63,544 bases of DNA, filler included, from Choristocarpus tenellus KU-1152 (GCA_964200185.2; 5 parts of 5 records of this genome joined end to end with filler, not necessarily neighbours in it), one strand, 5' to 3'; positions 12,278-25,706 are shown, counted from the first letter of the whole stretch. The notes: generated from the sequence alone by a model not told the origin. Translations and numbers: made by a program.

Positions 12278-15102
12278 ATGGCCAAACCCAAAGGGGGCAA
12301 GGGCAAGGGTAAGGCCAAGTCCAAGCCCAAGCCCAAGGTGTTAGCCTCGGCAGCAGCGTCTTCAGGGGCAGCAGTGACTGCTACAGCAACAGTGCTTGGT
12401 CCTGGAGTCCGCAGGTCAACCAAGGGGGGCAAGAGAGGCCGGCGACTCTGCCACGCAGAGGGTTGCAGCCTGTGCCCTTCTTTTGGATTTGAGGGAGATG
12501 TGGCGGTTTCGTGCTCCCATCATAAGCAGCCAGGGATGCGTAACCTCACTGCACGGCGTTGCCAACACCCAGACTGCTTCACAGTGGCTAACTTTGGGCT
12601 TCCTGGATTGAAGCCAGGCTTTTGTGCTGCCCATAGCACGGCTGGAATGGTGAATAGAAACAAGCCCCGTGGAGTAGAAAATTCCTTAGCACGTGGTACT
12701 GTTGTTCGTGTATCTCGTCGTGCCACTAAAACAACCACACCTCTGCCTGTGAAGCCAGAACCGATTGCTGCCAGGGAAGTATGTGGAGCTGCAAAGAAGA
12801 GAGATCAAACTTCTAAGGGACGCAAGTCACCTCACAGAGGCAAAGCAGCGATTGCAGTTGGGTCTCAAGGAGAGGAAGATTTGGAGGGGAGGGTGAGGGT
12901 AGGGGGTGGACCAGCTGTCAGAGCAGCAATATCTGTTGCAGAAGGGGAAGTGGCTAGGGTATTTGCTGCAGAAACTAAAGGGAGAGTGGATAGGAAAGGC
13001 GGGATGAGCCCAGCACTAGGGAGGCGTCAAACCAGGGGACGCTTGAGTGGCCTACCGCGTGTGACATACAAAGAGGAAACTGATGACGAGGATGGTGATG
13101 ATGAAGAGGCAACCAAGGTGAACAGTGTAGGACAGAGGGGGTTGAATGCTGTTGGTGGTGATGTCCATGCAATGAGAGATTTGGGACAAGTGGAATCTGC
13201 AAGAGACCTGCCAAGCAAAGAAGGAAAAGCACCAATAGAGAGTTTGCAAAGCAGAACAAGGAGGTGTAGAACACCGAGACTTTTGAGAGGAGCAGAAGTC
13301 AGGCAGACAATGGAGGACAAAAACAAGGTGCTCTCTAAGACAAGTGTCTTGGAGAGGACATGTGGACGCAAAAGCAGGGGTGGGAATAGAGAGATTGTAA
13401 AAGGTGAAGATGAATGTTTGGTTGGGAATCAAAGCGCACTAGCAGACTGTCAGAAACAGGCAGTTGGTGTCCAGCAAGCGGCTACTAGGGCAGTGGAGGT
13501 TGCTGCACCCAACACAGAGGCGGAGTTGCTGGAACAAGGAAAAGGCATAACTGGATTTCTTGTCCAGTGCCAGGCATTAGATGAGACTTTGGGTGACGAG
13601 ATGAACATTGACCTTGAGGAAGCTCTGGATGATGGGTTAGCAAGTCTCTTGGATGTGGGTAGTCAGGGTGGAGCAGGAGGGGATGGGGAAATGGGTTCCA
13701 CATCCATGGGAGGACAATCAGAAGGTAAGAGAGTGGTCAGCAAAGAATTTGACGACCTGAGACATCTGGACTTGGTAAATGACAGTAGTGTGTCATTATC
13801 TGAGGAGGAAAGCCTGCGGCACTCTCAGAATTGCACTACAGCTCTGAGCACCTCAGGGCATACCACCAATGGTGACCTAATACACACACAGGAATTGACA
13901 AACCACATCGTGTTAGGAGGAGATACAACACCACAGAAAGCTGTGGTAGCACTTAGGGAGGGATCAGGGGGAGCAACTCCAGGGAGAGAGTTGCAGGTTC
14001 CGGCAATCTCTGGAGACACAAATTCCACCTCAATCCACCCATTGTCTATGCCACCAGCAGCTGGAGTGATCCTGGATGAGCCTTGGTGGGAAGGTACAAT
14101 GTCCCTCCTGGAAGTTGAGGATTTTGTGGGGATGCCTGAGCCCCTGTGGAGTTTTGGAGAGGACTCCCCCCTCCCCAACATGATGCGCTCTCCAGTAAAA
14201 GGTAAAATGGAGTATGGGCTTGGCACAGAGCCAGTTGATTGCAAGGAGGTGCTGGATACAATGGTGGAGGGAAAACAGGAAGCTCCAGGAGTTGCCAAAG
14301 TCGAGGGCCTTGATTCACCCTCTGTCCTCGGGCAAGGATCAGAACTGACCAAGGATAGTCAAGATGCTGCTTCACAGGGCTTGCTGAGAGAGAGGGAGGC
14401 ATTTTTACATGAGGAGCAGAGTCCCCCCAGAAAGAGGCAAAGGGCAGATGCTGGTGAGATGTATTCCCTGCACAGGTTAGCGTTTTGGGGGGATCGATTT
14501 TGATAAGAGGCTTGAATAGATAATGCAAGAGTGAAGAGTCCCGTGTTTCCTGATACCCTTGACTGTCTCATGCATACAAGTGCATACAATCTCAAATACA
14601 AACTCTCTGCTATTCATCTTCACATTCCAAACCATGCGTGACCATGCTCCCAGGTACAGTAACTGATAAGACACAAGGTACCATAACCACTGATACATCT
14701 GTCAGCCAACCGGGTATGGAGGGAGGAGCTCCACAGGTTCAAATGGTGGTGCATGCCAGCAAGAGAGAGAAGCAAGGAGTGTCCTCCTCTGGCACCACTT
14801 CAAATTATGCAATGGCAACACATCACACACCAACAACTCCCGTCTTAGGACTAGCCCCCCCACTGTCGCCTTCCCCCATTCTGGCAAATCCTATGGGTGG
14901 TGTGACTGCAGAGTGGGCGGCCTCTGAGGTTGCAGGAGTGACATTAAATGTATCAAACACCGCTGCCAGTGCATTGGCAGTCCCTGTGGCAGTTCCTGTA
15001 TCAGTGGCAATGGCAGGTTTACTCGTAGGGCCTTCAGGGTTGAAACGCACCAGGACTTGGTCGGGGGACTCGGCCATGTCTACCCCAGTGAAAGTGAAGT
15101 GA
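12278..15102 (+). CDS. EsV-1-7 cysteine-rich repeat protein (about 874 aa, 2 exons)
   Basis: Two EsV-1-7-type repeats (CHAEGCSLCPSFGFEG...CSHHKQPGMRN; CQHPDCFTVANFG...FCAAHSTAGMVN) after a Lys-rich N-terminus. Exon 1 12278-14453, phase-1 intron GTGAGA...CCCAG 14454-14653, exon 2 14654-15102 in frame. A further exon near 16280-16368 via donor GTGAGT near 15099 is possible. Confidence 0.82.
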
Positions 15103-18100
15103 GTGTGAAGAGAAGAGTTGCGTGTGTTGGTAAATGTTGCGTATGATGTGGCTTTTTTCCTCGTTCAATGGTTTTTTCTTATCGAGAATAGGTTTGTTGC
15201 GTTGCATGTGCTGCAGTGTTTAGGATTGTGTTTTTTTTGTGTAGTATCGCTTCAGGATCGGCGTTCAAAAAAGGGTCCTTTAGATCAGTGTGCAAAGTGT
15301 GGAAAATTCCCAATATCGACAAAGGTATTGGTACTCAATGGTACCATATGTCGTTGTGATATTTGATATTTCTGCTCTAGTGGTGTAAATAATTCAGCAT
15401 ATACCCTCAACGGTATTGTGTGCAACCACGCCATGCCACCAACTAAGCCGAAACACTATCTCAAATGCTGAATGAGTGACCTAGGGGTTGCTGTCTCAAT
15501 TCTTATTTTTGAGTCAGTCCATCCCTATCTTTGTTTCCCTTGGCAAGGTTACCCTACCTCTGTCAGATGATGATATCAACCTTTGTCCAAGCTGAAAGGC
15601 AGATACAAATGTGCATGTGTATTACCAATGCTCTGCTGTTGTGTATACATGAGGTTAGCTTTAGGGTTCATTGCATGGGTAGTGTGGCATAGGCAAGTTG
15701 GTGCTTGCTTGGTTCTCACCTTATTTTTTTTATGTATCTTTTTGTATGGCAATGACTTAAGTCAGAGCAGTGATATATTGCATGTAGTGTTATAGTGGAT
15801 ATCAAGGGTGATGTGATATTACAAATACAATAAATTTGTTGTAATAAAATAGGGTTGGGGCAGTAATACTCCAGAGACAAATGGGAAAAGATTTCTGTGC
15901 TTTGTCTGTGCTGTATATATTGCGAAGAATGCTATAGACTTGCCTACACAGTGGCTGCATTCCAACTGGCGCTCTCTATATCTTTGGGCTAAGGAAGGCT
16001 AAGAGAAGTTTTTGCTTTTGTGCATATAGCATCATTGCATGTCGATTTCCCTTTGCTTCATTGCTTTAGGCCTCATCAAAAAATTGACCTTAGAGTGTCA
16101 GCTAGAATAGATGCATGGTTAACGCTCTTGGAGAATCTTGCCTAAACTACCCAGAGGTTGATGTGACATATTAAACGGGTAACCAAGAATCACTGTGTGC
16201 ATTCCTTAGTGTCTCCGCAACTCCAGCTATTTCTTCCCATTCCATCAATATGGATCTGTGTGTTATTTCCTTGTACAGGACTCCAAGAAGTGCACTTCCT
16301 TCCCCAACCCCCCCCCCCTGGGGGGGGGCACTCTGCCCTCAGACTCAAGCAGCTGCGGGCAGAGCATGACAAGAGGATGGTACATGTTGTTTGTCTTGGG
16401 AATCACTAGGGTTGGGGCTACAGAGCACAAGAAAGCAATTAACTAGTTGCGGTCAGGGTTTGGACCCAGTCTGGGCTGGAATTTCGCGCTGTCAGTGGTG
16501 TAAAATGTGAGGTGCTTCCTTCATGGAAACACGCCTTTTTTAGCATCCTGCATGGAAACCCCTATTTTCCTAGGGAAAAGACTGGTGTTGGTGTTGGTGT
16601 TGGAGTAAGGGTTGTTTAAATTAGGGACGGCAATTTATGTCTCTTGAAATTGCTTGTGCCGTTAAGATGTACACCACCAGGTAGGGTATAACTGGAATGT
16701 TGAGGAAGTGAAAGGGATGTCTGTGAGTTGATCACTAGTTGTGGAGATCTTGTGGTTAGGGTTAGGGATAAGCTACATGTCGCTCTGCGCAGTCAGGTAT
16801 TTGTTTCAGTTTCAGAGTGTTGGACTATTTAGCTTGATCATCCTGTAGGGGGAGGAAGGTGTTTCTGATTGATTAGGACAGAGGGATGGTGAGAAAGAAA
16901 AAAAAACACAGTCTGAATGGATGTAGGATGGCATGAAATGGGTGTTTACTTGAGGGAGAGACTCGATGTGTTTTGGATACGGCAATTGACTGGAGAAGTT
17001 CACAGGATATTTTGTGTCAAATGTGTGGAGACTGTTTGCGCTCTTTCAGTGAGCGAGGTTGGAGATGTGCCATGGCTGTTTGTGCTAGTTCAGATTGGGC
17101 GTAATGTAGAAGTGAACTCAATGGCCTTTTGATTTTTTTTTCCCCTCACCTCACGTTCCTCTCCCAAATGGCTGCTTTTGTGTTTTTTTGACGTGTTGTT
17201 TCTTGTCGGTGAAGTTTGGGATTTCAATCGTGATTGCTTTGTGCAACAATGATAGGAGTGTGTTGCTGTGACTCCATGTGCTTCTCTGTGGTGTGGTTGA
17301 CCGTTGATGGCCGGGATCTACTCCATGTAATCAGGAAAGAATTACCCCGTGGCACTGTTTGGGAGCAGGAAGTCAGTTTTTTTAGGTAGCACAACAAGTG
17401 AGAGCCTCCCCAAGAGGTCGATTGTGTGCAGGAATGATCTAAGAGTTTTGTAGCTGGACTTTCAAAGCTTCAGTGTTTGTGTTTGGGTGTGGGTGTCTAT
17501 GTGCTTTTTTCGACAATGTTTGTGGGATTTTCATTTTCTCGTTTTTTCGTTTTATTGAGAGGTTTGTTGCTTGTACACAGGTAATTACATTTGTTAGTTT
17601 TTTCACTCACAGCTTGTTGAGTCCTATTGCTGTTAACCTGCTCCTGGCCTATTGAAATTGATGATGGCGATCAAAGACATTGCCTAACAAGAGAGTCCTT
17701 TCAATGGCCAGGCCCGTTTGCCCCATTTGTATTTTTTCCCTTTGGTACAATAGTGTTGAAATTGCCGCTCTAGAGGTTAGCTAGTTTGGGAGCTAAAAGT
17801 AGCTGCTTGAGGGGGAATAGATGTCTTGGTAGACTGAACTGTCTCTCCTTGCATCTTGTGCCGAAGATGTGCATAGAGGACTTTCTCCAGATGAATAATG
17901 ATTCACTGCACATGGCAATGTGTGGTGAGACACTCTTCAAATTTAGGTCAAGATAGGAGTGATTATTGAGTACTGAGTGCTGAGAAGGCAAAATGGGTCT
18001 GGTACCCACAACTTGACAATCACCTATCTGTGACCTCATTAGTGTTTCCCTTTATTAGAGTGAGTGGCACTGTATAGTATAGTAGTGGTTTCCAGCAGAA

Positions 18101-19924
18101 TCCCTATCTAATATCAAAATAAAAAAGTAAACAATTCATTGCGGAGGATTTGGCGATTCTGTGATGCCCACCATGAGTACCATACACTATTAGGTACATA
18201 CCCGTATGTAATCTGTACTGAGCTGTCTGGCATCACATCCATATTTTTTTAAGTATCATTTCCTTCTACTCCTTGCTCGTTTGCTCCTTGCTTGTTGCCC
18301 TGTATTACTTTACCCAACCAAGGATCGTCAATCTACCAACTCTTAATGACTCCTTACCTGTAATCATTAGATCTTGTACACAACGTACATCCTCTGCAGG
18401 TAAAGACGCACGGCAGAATATCTTCTCCTAGTAGTGGGGAGTGCCTTATGCACTACTACAACACATTTTAGGGGGTAAATTAATCAAACTTGTAGCCATT
18501 TTTTGCGGTGGGGAAATTAGGGGTGACTTTTTTATGTTTTTTCCATCATCCCTCCAATGTAACCAAATCTAATATTTTGACGGAGTTGCCCCAAAACCTG
18601 TTATGACAGAGTAGATTGGGCGCTCCCCAGTGGAAAGAGATGTGTATCGTACATTTTGTAGATATCTATTATTATTACATGCTTGTATATTTCTGTACTC
18701 TATCCTCTTGGATTTCGTAGTCATATTCCTATGAAATGAGGGAAACGGAAGTATACAAGTGAGCACCACATTATTAGCAACAACAGAGTCTATATTGCTT
18801 CCTACAAGTACATCTTCTCCTCCTGTAGAACAGTTGTTTTCTATCCGAAAACAGAAAAGCTTACGGTAATAGTAACTTCAACCCTACAGGTTCAGATATA
18901 ATGCAGAAAACACCTTCAAAATAAGTGAACGTTGCAATGTGTGTACGTATATCGCCTCTCTCTTTTCTTGAGGCGGTTTTAACAGATGACCCAACCATTA
19001 ACGTTTAACACTGCTGTAGAGTACTGTGGAAGCATTTTTCTGTGCAGACTTCAGTCGGCACCAACATGTCGTGAGTAAGTATCTCACCTGAATCAACTTA
19101 AAGATCAAACTTCTGGCCCAAGGTCCTTTCATCTTCCACCAGGAGAAACAGTGCCATGGATACTTTACTGAACCTGAACGAACACATCAGACAAATTGCC
19201 AAACCCAACCTCCTCGAAATGTGGGGGCTTGATCCATCGGGCTCACTTCTCCAGAAATCTTTGGTGTTTCATGCACTTCCATCTAGGGAGAAACCAATAA
19301 TATTGTCGATCATAACTATTCAATGGAGCCATTTTTTTTCATGCAAGAGTAATCAATATTGAAAACGAAACCTTTGGATATATCAACTTTTTCATCGCAC
19401 GTATGATGAGTGGGCTGTGCAATTAGCTCGGCGCTTTTTGTGTATTCGAGTGCACTGATTCATTCGAGCCAACAATGAGAATGATACCACCTAAGAGGGG
19501 GGTATCGCTGATTGCTAAGGAGCCTTACTACAGCTCTGTGGTCTATACAAGTTAAACATTGTGAATAACACTTTTGACCAACAAGTAGTGTGTTCACAGC
19601 TAATCATCTATAGTCACACCCTTGTGACGGACGACCTCTGCAAGAATGCCAGCGGGCTCAAAATTCGAACACAGAATATTCAACAAAGCATCTTTGACTT
19701 CAATACATTTGGGACATTAGAGTCATCTGGCATGTGAAGTATTCCAAGAGATCATTCCTTGTGTTTCCCAAAGAATAAAACGTAAGATTCACCATGTTAC
19801 ATACTCGTACATATGTCAAAGTGGGTTTTGCTCAGGTACATGTCATCAGTGCATATGTACTATATGTGCACTCCCTCGGTGTCCACAAGAAAACCATCTT
19901 CTTGAACATTGCACGCCTAGGACA

Positions 19925-20180
19925 AGTGGAAAGTATCTTAGAGCGTAGAGTCGCGTCCATTTGGGTGACGAAATCCAATGTTGCGATTTTGATTTAATTT
20001 GGCTATTGTGCTCGTTAGGAAGTGTCAATATCCCTGTTCGGACACACCTTTTCATAATGTATACGTTTTACCTCCTCCGAAATGTTTCAGAGTAGGTAAA
20101 ATGTAATAAGAAACCGTGGGAAGCCAAGCCCCAAACGGACAAACAGGGCAGAAATCGTACCCTCAAAGATACTTTCACTC
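19925..20180. mobile_element. MITE family A, copy 1
   Basis: TIR AAAGTATCTTAGAG...CTCAAAGATACTTTCACTC; internal sequence homologous to five other copies. Confidence 0.8.
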
Positions 20181-21222
20181 CCAACATAACGCTTGTACAA
20201 CACAATTTAAACGCTTTGCTGTTATAGATGAAGAATTTTCTCGGTAACGGACGTTTTATATATAGCATTCGGCCTCGAGTGCTTGCTGGGCAATAAATGG
20301 TATGTGAACAAATAGTGGTGGGGACATATATTTTCCCATTTTGCATTAAGTCTTCTTCCAACACATTTCTTGCACAGATCGCCTTCTCTCCTTCACTACC
20401 TCTGTACCTCCGAATAAAGCTTTATGAAACTATGTGTGAAACGACAATAGTAATTATTTGAGCAAATGCCTGATGGAATTGCTCTGGATAACAAATGTTA
20501 TTCAGGTATATGGCATGCTCAAGCATTTGGGGGACAAAGAGTGTCATTGAGGAAATGGACTCGGCCCATCTAAGATCTATGGACTTTCTATAGTAACAGG
20601 CTCCAGAACACCGTCCTGGTAGCGGACACTATGGACGAAATAACGCAGAACATCTTACAAAAGTATTAACTTCAAGGGCTACATTTTTCTGGGTGTGCAC
20701 CTTTCTGATTAAATTTTGAAATAGAGATCTGTAAGACTTGACTGAAGGGGAAATATTACAAGTACAAAACAGAACAAATCGGCCTACATACACGATTCAC
20801 GCATAAACTGTAAGTTGATCTGAGGGCAGCAAGGAATTTGAATCCGTATATACGTACATATCGCGTATGATTGGCATATAGTATTGTTATAATCATGTGC
20901 CATACATACAACACATCTCCCCAAGGTGTTGAAAATGCATTTTCGAGGTGGTTTCATTGTGCATAGCTAGCATGAATGCAGGTGAACGCACACCTTCTGA
21001 ATGATCACACATATTGTTTCACACACCACCCTGAAACAGCTGAACCATGGTCTTCACCACGCTCACAATATTTGGTGCGGATGACTTGTCATTAGACTAC
21101 CTATTTTTTCCCGCCCTCTTGGGCAGTCCATAAGAGGTTCCGCTTTGGTCCTCCTGTTAGTGTGCAGATTCTCAATTCCTGGGATACGATTCGCTGATCT
21201 GACCAGAAACCCCCTCAAAAAA

Positions 21223-21479
21223 GAGTCAAAGTATCTTAGAGGGTAGAGCCACGTCCATTTGGGGTTCAAAATCCATTGCTGCAATTTTGATGTAATTTTG
21301 GCTATCATTTTTGTTAGGAGATGTCAATATCCTCGTTCCGGACACTCCTTCTCATAACATACACATTTTACCTATTCCGAATTTTTTTGGAGTAGGTAAA
21401 ATGTCATTAAAAATTCGTGGTCGGCCAAGCCCCAAATGGACAAATAGGAAAACTCGTACCCTCTAAGATACATTCACTC
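21223..21479. mobile_element. MITE family A, copy 2
   Basis: GAGTCAAAGTATCTTAGAGGGTA...TACCCTCTAAGATACATTCACTC; flanked by AAA/AAA. Confidence 0.85.
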
Positions 21480-22521
21480 AAACTTTGATCACGACGAACT
21501 CTGTTATAGTGCTGAGCCAACTTACCTAGTTCGGATAATATGGCCTCGATGCCTCTAATGATACAGGAGGTAGATGACACCTTGATGATCAGTCGGCTAG
21601 AAAATTTTGGGAAAGTGTCATTATCTGTCAGATCATCTTGGTCAAAAGGAACATCTTCAACTACCATATGATTGGAACATACTTAACAGGGTTACTTACG
21701 TACGGGAAAACAATGTCAAGTAAGATAAAATCTAATCTGAAGTATACATTTGAAGATATCAAGAAGGTATGTCTAAGAGATAGTAAGAGATTGATAAGAA
21801 AAAGAACGAATGATTCTGATAAATAATTCTGATCATTTTTGATTAATCGCCTTGGTTACATGGCATTTAGTAAGAAGCAATCTGTTGTTACTTCGAAGTG
21901 GTTGGTAATAAAACGTACCTTTTGCTGAAGTAAATATGGTTCAACATCTGAAAAATATCAGTATCCATAACTAAGATGAAAAATCCCAACACTCCATAGG
22001 ATACGATAGTGAACTTACCCAAAACAGGAGAAACAATTACATGCGAAAAGCAGTGTTATTTCCAGCCTTGCACTTACCCGCATTCCAACATGGAACTGGC
22101 GGATGACTCATACCATCTTCTCTAGTGCACTCAATATCTCAATCAAGCACATCCCACAAGGAGATCTTGATCAACAGAGTCATACATATGCCTTCTAAGG
22201 ATCATCATACAAAACACACGATGAAAGAAGTGCCTGCTTCTCGTGTCCAAGCTCTTGGAGTGGTAGGCAGGGTTGTACGTCATCATGTTTACTTAGAGGG
22301 TCGAGGTCAGACAAAGGCCTTTGCCAAATGTGTGTTCTTTGACCCAACATCTTCACTGCATGCAGTGTTGTAGAACATATTGGCTAGGGGTTCATAACTA
22401 ACCAGCTTAACTTCAAGTACCTTCTCATCATCAAAGAAGCTAAGCAAAACAGACATGTCAGAGGAAGGAGAAACAGAGAGTGCAGCAAAACCTCGACGGC
22501 GCCCTTGACAGCATTTTTTTA

Positions 22522-22962
22522 GTATTATGCCCTCTGACATTTTGTAGATGTATCAGGGTGAAAACCAAAGAAAACCATTCAAATGTCAGAATAACCCCTA
22601 AACAAGTAGCAGTTATCGTAAATGTGGAAGACATCCATCTATTTTCTATTTTACTACCAGGTATGTGACACCACTGCGCTCCTGTGCCTCCGGCCTAGCT
22701 TAGTCCTGCACCCCAGGATGAGGAGTTAGGAAAGCATCCCAAGAATCTAAAAAGGCCCTACTTGCCCATCTCCCTGATATCTCCAGCCTTGAACGCATGA
22801 CACGTCTAGATAGGGCTACTTGTGTCGTGACAGAGACTATCTGTTGTGGACGGGATTTGACAATTCCTTTCCTTCTGTAGCCTTCAGTTCCTTTCCCACC
22901 TACCGCATGCATAGCTAGCTGATCTAGAAAACTTTCCGCTTGCTCACCGAGGTGCCCAAAAC
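22522..22962 (-). mobile_element. CRE-like (RLE) non-LTR retrotransposon, 5'-truncated copy
   Basis: Encodes SFGHLGEQAESFLDQLA...QQIVSVTTQVALSRRVMR (RLE C-terminus), then a 3'UTR ending GTCAGAGGGCATAATA. Confidence 0.7.
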
Positions 22963-23090
22963 TTATTATTATTATTATGCCCTCTGACATTTTGCAGATG
23001 TGTCAGGGGGGAAACCAATGAAAACTATACATATGTCGTTATTGTTTATTCCCCTGATATATCTGCAAAATGTCAGAGGGCATAATAATA
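22963..23090. repeat. Inverted pair of CRE-like 3' tails forming a 40-bp stem hairpin
   Basis: Arms 22970-23009 and 23051-23090 are reverse complements with 2 mismatches; 41-nt loop. Confidence 0.85.
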
Positions 23091-23229
23091 TATGTAAGGA
23101 AGAATATTATATATATATATGTATTCTTTTCATCCCATCTGTATAACTCTGTGCTGTGTGGCAAGCAGCTTTGTCTGTTGTTACACCATTATTGACATAT
23201 ACCATATACCATTATACCAGTTGGTGTTT

Positions 23230-23920
23230 CGTTGTTGGGAATCCCCGCTTCCAGTGGAGGGTCCTACGAATAATTGATGGCGAAGCGTCTGGGACAACTT
23301 TGTAAAGGAATGGGCATCCCTTGCACTATGGAGGACGGCAGCCCATTGACTGTAGATAGGAACTTCCGCGTGGATCTGATCTTCCATGCTGGTGCACTCA
23401 CGGACGTCAGATCAGCTCCCTGCAGAGACAAGGACCTCCTCCTGGACGTTACGTGTGTGAGAAGTGCAGGCAGCATATCACCTGCCCCACTCATCCACCA
23501 GCAATGGCGTAGCTGCTGCTGCAGCTAAGGCGCGAAAACGCACCCACTATGAGGGCTCTTTTGATCCTCGTAGTTGCAACCTCAACACCTTTGCGGTGGA
23601 AAGTTTGGGGCACGTCAGTAAGTAAGCGGAACGTTTTCTGGATGATCTAGCTACGAACGCTGTAGGGGGGAGGGGCGGGAGGCTACAGCAGGAAAGAAGG
23701 GGCGATCAAATCTCATTACAACAATAAGTCTCTGTTGCAACACAGGTGACCCCGGCTACACGTGTGATGTGTTTTCAGCTGGAGACACCAGGGAGATGGG
23801 CAAGGAGGGGCTTGTTAGTTCTTGGGATGCTTCCCTAGCTCCTCAGCCTGGGGTGCAGGACTAAGCTAGGTTGGAGGCACAGGAAGACAGTGGTACAGCA
23901 TAAATGGTAGTAAAATAGTA
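23230..23920 (+). mobile_element. CRE-like (RLE) non-LTR retrotransposon fragment
   Basis: RVDLIF...LLLDVT...AAA..RK.THYEG...FAVESLG...FLDDLA; cut in the 3'UTR by the mariner insertion. Confidence 0.72.
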
Positions 23921-25585
23921 CTACCTCCGTGCCATAAGTCTGTGCCGCGATGTCCTTAATTTTTGAAGATGTTGATGAAATTAATTCCAGAAAGAAGATT
24001 TGGAATCCTTGACGCATTTCAGGTTAGGTTCAGCTCTTTTTATGATTGTCACTCCCCATCCATCACAGTTTTATCAGCCACAGAAAAAGTACCCATGTCT
24101 ACCTTCATCGTGTTTTCAAGCTCACCAGACAATTGCCTCGTCCTTACCCCTGTGTACTCCACACTGAAGTCATTCCCCCCTTTGTATCTAAGTACTTGAT
24201 TGTACACCCCAAAAAGGAGCTTCCAAGCCCTATCAAGTGCGGCTTCATCATACTCCTCATACTGTTTCTAAATGACCATCTCCTCGACGACCCCAAACCG
24301 CCCCCTCATCACCCGGCATTTCAAAGACCTGAAGAAGCGCAGGTCCATGATATTGAGGTCAGGGGAGTTAGATGGCTGCGCCCCAAGCATAATTGACCAC
24401 CCCTCACTCTTCCCTGCCCCTGACAAGATTTCTTAGTTGCCCTTGTCCGTGTGGGGGGTGGCACCCCGTCTTACTGAACAACAACATGCTTCCCCTGCAA
24501 CGAAGGCATCTTGGTCTTGATTGCAGGCAATAACTCCTCCATGTACCGCTTCCTGTACTACAAATGATCTAAAGTACAGTTCTGCTCATACACATCCCCC
24601 TTTTTATGGTTCTTGCTTGTCCTGCTTGCTGTTTTTGGCGCACTCACACGCCAAACACCAAGCTTTCCATCAAAACTGTGAGTCGAATCTGGGCGGGTGT
24701 TGGCTGCAATGACCCAAAGTATTTTTGAGGGTAGAGCCGTGTCAATCTGGGGTCCAAAATCCAATGTTGCGATTTTGATATAATTTTGGGTATCATGTTT
24801 GTTAGGAAGTGTCAATATTCTTGTTCCGGGCATATATTTTCATAACGAATACATTTTACCTACTCTGAAACATTTTGGAGGAGGAAAATGTCATAAAAAG
24901 AGACCATGGGAAGCCAAGCCCCAAATTGACAAACAGGGGAAAACTCGTACCCTCTAAGATACTTTCACTCAATGATCATGGTTTTGGGTATATGACTCTT
25001 GTGCTGCACAGTAGGGAACCCTGGAAGGTCGCTATCATCCTCATGTGGAAATACCCTAACCCTTTCCCCACCAGCCATCACTTAAAACCAGGTTTCAGCC
25101 ACATGGATTGTGTTCGCCATGGAGGCGTACACACCACATTTCCGGTTCACTTGATCGCAAACAAAGTCCATTCTCCATACCTTTTGCCACGATTTAAGCT
25201 TGGGTTTGATCCAGCGGCGATTCGGTATGACCCCCATGTCATCCAACCACGTATTTGTGGTGCTTGTGCTATAATTCAGCCCTTGGCGACCATCTTCATT
25301 GTCACCTGATGCAATGTGGATGACCGATTATCGGAGTTGATACTATATACTGCGAACACCTTGGTCGGTGTGAGCTCCACTGGCCGCCCAGTTCGTGCCA
25401 CTACTCCTAGGTCTCAAGCGTGTGGCCATGGGCGAGCTGATCGGCGACGTCCTCCCGGAGTCCTCACATGTAACGCTCAGACACTCCAAACTCCGCTGCG
25501 AGGGCCAGCCCAACGTGTCGCGGCAGTTTATGCTCACCAGGGACCATCGGGAGGGCATGCTTCACTGCAAGCGCAACCCTGGTAT
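23921..25585 (-). mobile_element. Decayed Tc1/mariner DD39D-type transposon (transposase pseudogene)
   Basis: TA|CTACCTCCGT Stowaway-type terminus at 23921. Transposase motifs IKPKL, HVAETWF (HVDEKWF), KSHIPK, FDGKLG, LLPAIK, VQ*DG.PPH, QPSNSPDLNIMDLRFF, GGNDF, with stops. Interrupted by MITE copy 3. Confidence 0.88.
24711..24970. mobile_element. MITE family A, copy 3 (inserted in the mariner transposase)
   Basis: TIRs GACCCAAAGTAT...GATACTTTCACTC; AAT TSD at 24708-24710 and 24971-24973; removing it restores the reading KTMII/IAANTRP. Confidence 0.9.
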
Positions 25586-25606
25586 GACCCAAAGTATCTG
25601 GGAGAG

Positions 25607-25706
25607 NNNNNNNNNNNNNNNNNNNNNNNNNNNNNNNNNNNNNNNNNNNNTTAATTAATTAANNNNNNNNNNNNNNNNNNNNNNNNNNNNNNNNNNNNNN
25701 NNNNNN
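25607..25706. other. Artificial contig linker N44-TTAATTAATTAA-N44
   Basis: Six-frame stop linker between N runs. Confidence 0.97.

Noticed and set aside
14454-14503. Single-exon 741-aa version of the EsV-1-7 gene
   Set aside because: A strong GTGAGA donor and an in-phase acceptor join the downstream ORF; the spliced model is preferred
12396-14698. Antisense and alternate-frame ORFs over the EsV-1-7 exon (likewise over actin, GT60 and LRR)
   Set aside because: Shadow ORFs of GC-rich coding sequence
22125-22480. Copia RNase H end (LVSYEPLANMF)
   Set aside because: Single weak motif; no LTR or PPT seen
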